A stretch of 30,542 bases of DNA, from assembly GCA_964293715.1 (NCBI GenBank), contig CAXZAB010000001.1:1-30542 (forward strand). Direction: 5' to 3'. This DNA is from an uncultured bacterium. GTDB taxonomy: Bacteria; Cloacimonadota; Cloacimonadia; Cloacimonadales; Cloacimonadaceae. The notes beneath the pieces are model-generated. The model ran no database searches, had not been told where the DNA came from, and saw only the letters and a program-made list of their open reading frames with translations. The position numbers and the translations under genes were made by a program. This document shows positions 25,964 to 30,542 of the stretch, in pieces; position 1 is the first letter of the stretch; the number at the start of each line of letters is the position of its first letter.

Positions 25964-27298
25964 TTAGCTCAATGCCTGATACAGCGCTTTGATATCCTTG
26001 ATTTTGCGTACCTTCGTGGTGGATTTGAGACGGGCAAAACCGGAGACAAAGATGTTTTCATAGCCCAGCTTGGTGGCCTCCGAGATTCTGGCTTCGAGCT
26101 GAGACACCGGCCTTACTTCGCCATTGAGTCCTACTTCTGCGATAAACACAGAATGTTCGGGCAGAGGAGTATCTTTCAAGCTGCTGATAATCGCAGCTAT
26201 GATGGCCAGATCCAGCGAAGGATCAGACGATCTTATGCCTCCCGCCAGATTGATGAAGACGTCATTGCTTCTCAGGAAGAGGGACAGGTTTTTCTCCAGA
26301 ATTGCCAGTAAAATGGCCAGTTTCTTCTGTTCCAGACCCACCACCACCCTTTGTGGAGTACCATAATTTGAGCCCGTGGCCAATGATTGCACTTCCACGA
26401 TGAAGCTGCGGGTACCTTCTATAATGCAGCCGATGGAGGTGCCTATCGAGGCCAGTTCATTGGTCAAAAATACAGAATTGGGATTCTCCACCTGGATGAG
26501 GCCGATATTGGTCATTTCAAAGAGGCCGATTTCATTGGTGGAGCCAAAACGGTTTTTTACTGCGCGCAGGATTTTATATTGATTGCGCATCTCGCCCTCA
26601 AAATACAGCACGGTATCCACCATGTGTTCCAAGACTTTGGGTCCTGCCACATAGCCGTCTTTGGTCACGTGCCCCACCATAAAGATGGGAACATTCAAGT
26701 CTTTGCCACACCTGAGCAGGCGATTTGCGCTTTCCCTGAGCTGGCTGATGCTTCCGGGGATGGAATCTATACTGGCGAGGCTGATGGACTGGATGCTGTC
26801 CACTATAGCGAGTGCGGGAGTTTCTGCTTCGATGGTGGCGATGATGTGATCGGTATCGTTTGTGCACAAGAGCAGGATGTTTTCACTGTCCACTTTGAGG
26901 CGTTTGCTGCGCATGTGGATCTGAGCGGCGCTTTCTTCTCCGGAGCAGTAGAGCACTTTCTTGCCGCTGGCGCCCAGCCATTGGGCCAATTGTAACATCA
27001 GAGTGGATTTGCCGATTCCCGGTTCGCCCCCTATCAAAATCATCATTCCGGATACGATGCCACCGCCTAAGACCAAGTCCAATTCGGTATTTCCGGTATT
27101 GATGCGGGCTTGTTCCTCATCGCTGATTGCGACTATCCTTTCCGGCTTGGGCTGGGAAATAATTCTACTCTGCGGGGAAGCCTTACCCAAAAACCGGGTG
27201 CTTTCCTTCAGAGTGCTCCAACTTCCGCAATTTGGGCATTTTCCGGCCCATTTCGATGTTTCATATCCACAATCTGTACATACAAAAGTGCTTGCCAT
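25964..27298 (-). CDS. radA: DNA repair protein RadA/Sms
   Basis: Start at ATG 27298 (SD AGGAGAGG); Zn finger CTDCG...WAGKCPNCGSW, Walker A GGEPGIGKSTL, SGEES, IVDSIQ, GHVTKDG..AGPKVLEHMVD, KNRFG, Lon-like C-terminus EVGLNGEVR. Confidence 0.97.
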   Translation of the reverse strand: MASTFVCTDCGYETSKWAGKCPNCGSWSTLKESTRFLGKASPQSRIISQPKPERIVAISDEEQARINTGNTELDLVLGGGIVSGMMILIGGEPGIGKSTLMLQLAQWLGASGKKVLYCSGEESAAQIHMRSKRLKVDSENILLLCTNDTDHIIATIEAETPALAIVDSIQSISLASIDSIPGSISQLRESANRLLRCGKDLNVPIFMVGHVTKDGYVAGPKVLEHMVDTVLYFEGEMRNQYKILRAVKNRFGSTNEIGLFEMTNIGLIQVENPNSVFLTNELASIGTSIGCIIEGTRSFIVEVQSLATGSNYGTPQRVVVGLEQKKLAILLAILEKNLSLFLRSNDVFINLAGGIRSSDPSLDLAIIAAIISSLKDTPLPEHSVFIAEVGLNGEVRPVSQLEARISEATKLGYENIFVSGFARLKSTTKVRKIKDIKALYQALS

Positions 27299-27327
27299 CG
27301 TCCTCTCCTTGTTCGCTTTCTTGAGAC

Positions 27328-27355
27328 ACGATACAAAGCCCTGAGTTTGTGGCAA
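27328..27355 (-). promoter_or_regulatory. Putative radA promoter
   Basis: Minus strand TTGCCA (27355-27350), 16 nt spacer, TATCGT (27333-27328), preceded by an A-tract. Confidence 0.45.
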
Positions 27356-27374
27356 GCATTTTTTGTTTGCGGCC

Positions 27375-27404
27375 TTGACAAGACCCTTGAACTGAGATTA
27401 TACT
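27375..27404 (+). promoter_or_regulatory. Putative promoter facing the glutaredoxin operon
   Basis: TTGACA (27375-80), 18 nt spacer, TATACT (27399-404). A second candidate is TTGACG (27535-40)-N16-AAAATT (27557-62). Confidence 0.45.
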
Positions 27405-27615
27405 GCATAGTGCGCCATGGCAGGATTAGTTACTGTCAGCTGGCAGGTATGAAACATTAGCTTGCCATCCTTGAAAAGAAGCCAAAGTTTTTCATAAGGG
27501 TATAGTACTTGTGCAGACGGCCAAAATTGCCTAATTGACGAAAACTTCAATAAGCAAAAATTAGTTTGGCTTTAGTAATAATTGCCCTATTATATGTTCT
27601 AAGGAGTAAATCAAA

Positions 27616-27858
27616 GTGAAACCGAAGATAATACTTTTTAGTACACCCAGCTGTTCATGGTGTAAAAAGATAAAGGGCTATTTAAAGTCTAATGGATTTA
27701 GTTTCAAAGAAATAGATGTGTCTAAAGATTCTGCTGCTCTGGCCGACATGATCCGCAAAACGGGTCAGGAAGGCGTTCCGCAGACCTGGATAAATAATCA
27801 TCCAGTTGTCGGTTTTGATCGGGCCAAGCTCGATCGGCTGTTAGAAATAAAAAGATAA
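27616..27858 (+). CDS. Glutaredoxin-like protein (NrdH/YruB-type), CSWC
   Basis: GTG start after AAGGAG; FSTPSCSWC, IDVSKD, GQEGVPQ (cis-Pro motif), VVGFD. Confidence 0.9.
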   Translation: MKPKIILFSTPSCSWCKKIKGYLKSNGFSFKEIDVSKDSAALADMIRKTGQEGVPQTWINNHPVVGFDRAKLDRLLEIKR

Positions 27859-27882
27859 AACATAATAAATAGGAGAAAAATA

Positions 27883-28338
27883 ATGAAAAACTATGCTGAA
27901 AAATTCCACGCGTTAATCACCCGTCTTCAAGTGGTGTTAAGTGATATCGATTATGCACAAAAAGCCTGCTTACAGGCGGGACGCATGGAGTGCCTCCTGC
28001 TCAATCATTTGTACGAAACCAAGGTTCCGGCAAACATGAACGAGCTGGCCAAGGTGCTTAGCGTCTCTCACAGCAGAGTGACCCGCATCATGGACAATCT
28101 GGTAAATAAGAAATTGGTCACCAGACGACCCAGCGAAGAAGACCGTCGCTGCTGGTTTGCCATCATCACCGAAAAAGGGAAGAAATTAGCTGAAAACAGC
28201 CAAAAATCAATTTTAGATCAACAGGAAATGCTGTTGTCTAAAATCCCTCAAAAGGATATCGATGATGTTTATAAATCCTTCCTTAAATACGTTGAAAAAT
28301 ACGAAGAAGTCCTGAAAGAAACCTACATCGAGGTATAA
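27883..28338 (+). CDS. MarR-family transcriptional regulator with three cysteines
   Basis: wHTH MNELAKVLSVSHSRVTRIMDNLVNKKLVTR, DRR wing motif, ITEKG; Cys29, Cys37, Cys90; SD AGGAG. Confidence 0.92.
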   Translation: MKNYAEKFHALITRLQVVLSDIDYAQKACLQAGRMECLLLNHLYETKVPANMNELAKVLSVSHSRVTRIMDNLVNKKLVTRRPSEEDRRCWFAIITEKGKKLAENSQKSILDQQEMLLSKIPQKDIDDVYKSFLKYVEKYEEVLKETYIEV

Positions 28339-28339
28339 A

Positions 28340-28771
28340 ATGGCGACCAAGGTTGTAACCAAATGGACCGGGGATATGAGTTTTGATTCCCTGGTCACAG
28401 GTCATCACGTAAAATTGGATGCAGACGTGGGCAGTGGTGGACAAGATTCCGCCCCTCGTCCCAAGGCTCTGCTCTTAACGTCGCTCACCGGCTGTTCGGG
28501 GATGGATATAGTATCCGTTCTCAAAAAAATGAGGGTGAAAGATTACTCTTTTGAAATGGAAGCAGAAGGGGAATCCACCGATGAACATCCCAAGATCTAT
28601 CATACTATCACCGTGAGATATAAATTCACTGGAGAGAACTTGCCTCCCGATAAGATCATAAAAGCGGTAACTCTATCCAACGATACGTATTGCGGGGCTA
28701 CCGCGATGCTGAAATTAGCCGCAGTGATAGTAGTGAAGATTTATATAAATGACAAGGAGATTGAGCAATGA
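28340..28771 (+). CDS. OsmC/Ohr-family protein (YhfA-type)
   Basis: PRPKALLLTSLTGCSGMDIV (Cys52), HPKIY, TYCGA (Cys118). Confidence 0.9.
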   Translation: MATKVVTKWTGDMSFDSLVTGHHVKLDADVGSGGQDSAPRPKALLLTSLTGCSGMDIVSVLKKMRVKDYSFEMEAEGESTDEHPKIYHTITVRYKFTGENLPPDKIIKAVTLSNDTYCGATAMLKLAAVIVVKIYINDKEIEQ

Positions 28772-29283
28772 GATACATTTTTGTAATGCTCCTGGTGTCT
28801 ATGGTGGCAGTTTTAAGCTGCACACCGGCAAAGAACCCTGCAGATGATGCTGCACAGCAGGCTCCTGAGAGCTCCGAAGTACTGGCCTCCCATTCTACAG
28901 AATATGAAACCGGTGCCTGGACAGAAAACTGGGATTTGGCCCTTAGCGCAGCTAAGGAACTAAAGCGCCCCATCCTGGTGAACTTCACTGGTTCCGATTG
29001 GTGCGTATGGTGTATCCGGCTGGTGAATGAAGTCTTTTCACAAGATGAATTTCACAAATATGCCAAGGAAAATCTGGTCTTGCTCAAACTTGATTTCCCG
29101 CGTAACCTGCCTCAAACTGAAGCTCTAAAAAAGCAGAACAGCGTCTTGCAACAGCAATTTGGTATTCAGGGTTATCCCACCATTATGCTCGCAGACAGCG
29201 ATGGCAAGGAAATAAACCGTACCGGATATCAAAAGGGCGGCGCCGCAAGCTACGTAAAACACCTGCAGGATTTATTGAAATAA
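28768..29283 (+). CDS. Thioredoxin-fold lipoprotein (disulfide isomerase-like), CVWC
   Basis: Lipobox VLSC (Cys18); RPILVNFTGSDWCVWC, LKLDFPR, FGIQGYPTI, RTGYQ; ATGA overlap with osmC. Confidence 0.9.
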   Translation: MRYIFVMLLVSMVAVLSCTPAKNPADDAAQQAPESSEVLASHSTEYETGAWTENWDLALSAAKELKRPILVNFTGSDWCVWCIRLVNEVFSQDEFHKYAKENLVLLKLDFPRNLPQTEALKKQNSVLQQQFGIQGYPTIMLADSDGKEINRTGYQKGGAASYVKHLQDLLK

Positions 29284-29304
29284 ATATAGATTCTGTGTAA
29301 GATA

Positions 29305-29334
29305 ATAAAAAGCCGGTTTTCGCCGGCTTTTTAT
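29305..29334. terminator. Rho-independent terminator (symmetric, potentially bidirectional)
   Basis: Perfect 12-bp inverted repeat ATAAAAAGCCGG (29305-16) / CCGGCTTTTTAT (29323-34), loop TTTTCG. Confidence 0.88.
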
Positions 29335-29354
29335 CTGAAACGGGAAAAATACGA

Positions 29355-29382
29355 TTGACAGTATTGCCCTCTTGCAGACTTT
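29355..29382 (+). promoter_or_regulatory. Putative promoter of the ABC-F gene
   Basis: TTGACA (29355-60), 16 nt spacer, GACTTT (29377-82); preceded by AAAAATACGA. Confidence 0.45.
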
Positions 29383-29415
29383 GCTTGGTGTAAATACAAA
29401 TATAAAAGAGAGAGA

Positions 29416-30542
29416 ATGAGCCTAATCCAAATAATCGATCTGGGAATTGAATTTGGCGGGAACTATATCCTGCGAGATATCAATTGCACGATCGAACACA
29501 ATAGCCGCATTGGCTTAATAGGTGCCAATGGCAGCGGTAAAACGACCCTGATCAAATTGATCCGGAAGGATCTGCGTCCCACTTTGGGTAAGGTAATTCA
29601 GGCCAAACAGTGCCAGATCGCCTACCTGGAACAAAATCCCATCCTGGATACAGAACTGAGCCTGCTGGAGTATATCCAATCTGCCCGCGAGGATATCCTA
29701 AAGCTCAAACATAATATGGAAACTCTCTCGGCCCGTCTTTTGCAAAAGGATGATGAGGCCCTGCACAAACAGCTGAACAGCACAATAGAAAGAATGCATG
29801 AGATTGACGCTTTTGAACATGAGAATGAGATCAAATATGTGCTCACCTCTCTGGGCTTTGAAGAGTCTGTGTGGGAGAGGAGCATAGGTGAGTTCAGCGG
29901 GGGCGAGCAGACCAGAATCTGCCTGGCCTGGTTGCTGCTGTGTCCTTACGACCTTCTCATCCTGGACGAGCCTACCAATCATCTGGATATAGCTATGATC
30001 CGGTGGCTGGAGAACTATCTGGTGGAGAATACCAAGCCTTATCTGGTAGTCTCTCACGATCGCATCTTTCTGGATAAAGTCACCCGCAGTATTTATGCCA
30101 TCGAAAATACCAGACTCAGCATCACCAAAGGGAATTTTAGCTCCTACTACGAAGCCCGCAAGATCGCGCTTTTAGCTGAGGAACGACAATTTGAGCAGCA
30201 ACAAAAGCTGATCGCTGAGACCACAGCCTTCATCCAAAAAAACCTCGGCAGTCAAAAGACCAAACAGGCCCAGTCCCGGCAAAAAATGCTGGAAAAACTG
30301 GATATTGTGGATGCGCCTAATGCCCAAAAGCCCATCCGCCTGCGTCTGGAAAGCGCAAGCCGCAGTGGAAACGATGTCTTTCGTCTGCATGACGCCAGCT
30401 TTGGCATAGGTGATTCCCTGCTTTTGGCGCAGGATGTGAATATCGAAGCCCATTGGCAGGATCGCATTGCGGTGATCGGCCCCAACGGCTGTGGTAAATC
30501 TACGCTTTTGCGTATACTTTTGGGTGAACATGAGATTTCATC
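29416..30542 (+). CDS. ABC-F family ATP-binding protein (partial, runs off right edge)
   Basis: Own translation from ATG 29416: Walker A GANGSGKTT, signature FSGGEQTR, Walker B LLILDEPTNHLD, VSHDR, linker KTKQAQSR, second Walker A GPNGCGKST; no TM segments; no stop before the window end. Confidence 0.93.
   Translation, partial: MSLIQIIDLGIEFGGNYILRDINCTIEHNSRIGLIGANGSGKTTLIKLIRKDLRPTLGKVIQAKQCQIAYLEQNPILDTELSLLEYIQSAREDILKLKHNMETLSARLLQKDDEALHKQLNSTIERMHEIDAFEHENEIKYVLTSLGFEESVWERSIGEFSGGEQTRICLAWLLLCPYDLLILDEPTNHLDIAMIRWLENYLVENTKPYLVVSHDRIFLDKVTRSIYAIENTRLSITKGNFSSYYEARKIALLAEERQFEQQQKLIAETTAFIQKNLGSQKTKQAQSRQKMLEKLDIVDAPNAQKPIRLRLESASRSGNDVFRLHDASFGIGDSLLLAQDVNIEAHWQDRIAVIGPNGCGKSTLLRILLGEHEIS

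Noticed and set aside
27576-27594. ATAAT-N6-ATTAT as a PerR/Fur or MarR operator
   Set aside because: Only a 5-bp inverted repeat in AT-rich DNA, with spacing that does not fit PerR or Fur boxes; not distinguishable from chance.
27616-29283. Selenocysteine recoding in the redox genes
   Set aside because: All redox motifs use TGT/TGC codons; there is no in-frame TGA at catalytic positions.
153-30531. Numerous antisense or alternative-frame ORFs (e.g. 6650-7447, 13558-14337, 16571-17413, 22687-23667, 26387-26995, 29698-30531)
   Set aside because: They lie fully opposite to, or inside, well-supported genes and show no recognisable motifs; shadow ORFs.
1-30542. CRISPR array, rRNA, IS element or prophage
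   Set aside because: No regularly spaced direct repeats, rRNA-like sequence, transposase, integrase or phage genes were seen by eye; repeats are at the protein level only (TPR, Ig).

Overview
Chromosomal housekeeping and cell-envelope window. It is most likely from a Candidatus Cloacimonadota-type (FCB-related) diderm bacterium; this is inferred from the protein styles (PorV-like barrel, C25 and M6 proteases with T9SS/FlgD-type C-terminal domains) and is not proven. Left to right: 3' end of a gene with an FN3-like C-terminal domain; orphan family-1 ABC substrate-binding lipoprotein; tRNA-Leu(CAA); a long cluster porV-like - M6 metalloprotease (CTD) - three tandem paralogous membrane proteins - coaBC - SDR - DUF3108 - queA - birA, the last eight genes linked by overlapping stop/start codons; TPR lipoprotein; gingipain-like C25 peptidase coupled to cobB; EamA transporter and a second TPR lipoprotein (minus strand); pyrB-pyrC-pyrK-pyrD; radA (minus strand); a glutaredoxin-MarR-OsmC-thioredoxin operon; and a partial ABC-F ATPase. 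No mobile element, CRISPR array or rRNA was seen. Main observations: (1) a PorV + CTD cargo + three-paralogue module, where each paralogue ends in a single beta-hairpin with terminal Phe and so may build a hetero-oligomeric outer-membrane structure; (2) a PyrR-binding-loop hairpin with compensatory base changes that sequesters the pyrB Shine-Dalgarno, suggesting translational rather than attenuation control; (3) a recurring promoter shape TTG(A/C)C-N16-nAnnnT, often followed by TG, intermediate between canonical sigma70 and Bacteroidota promoters; (4) a Cys-rich MarR thiol-redox operon.
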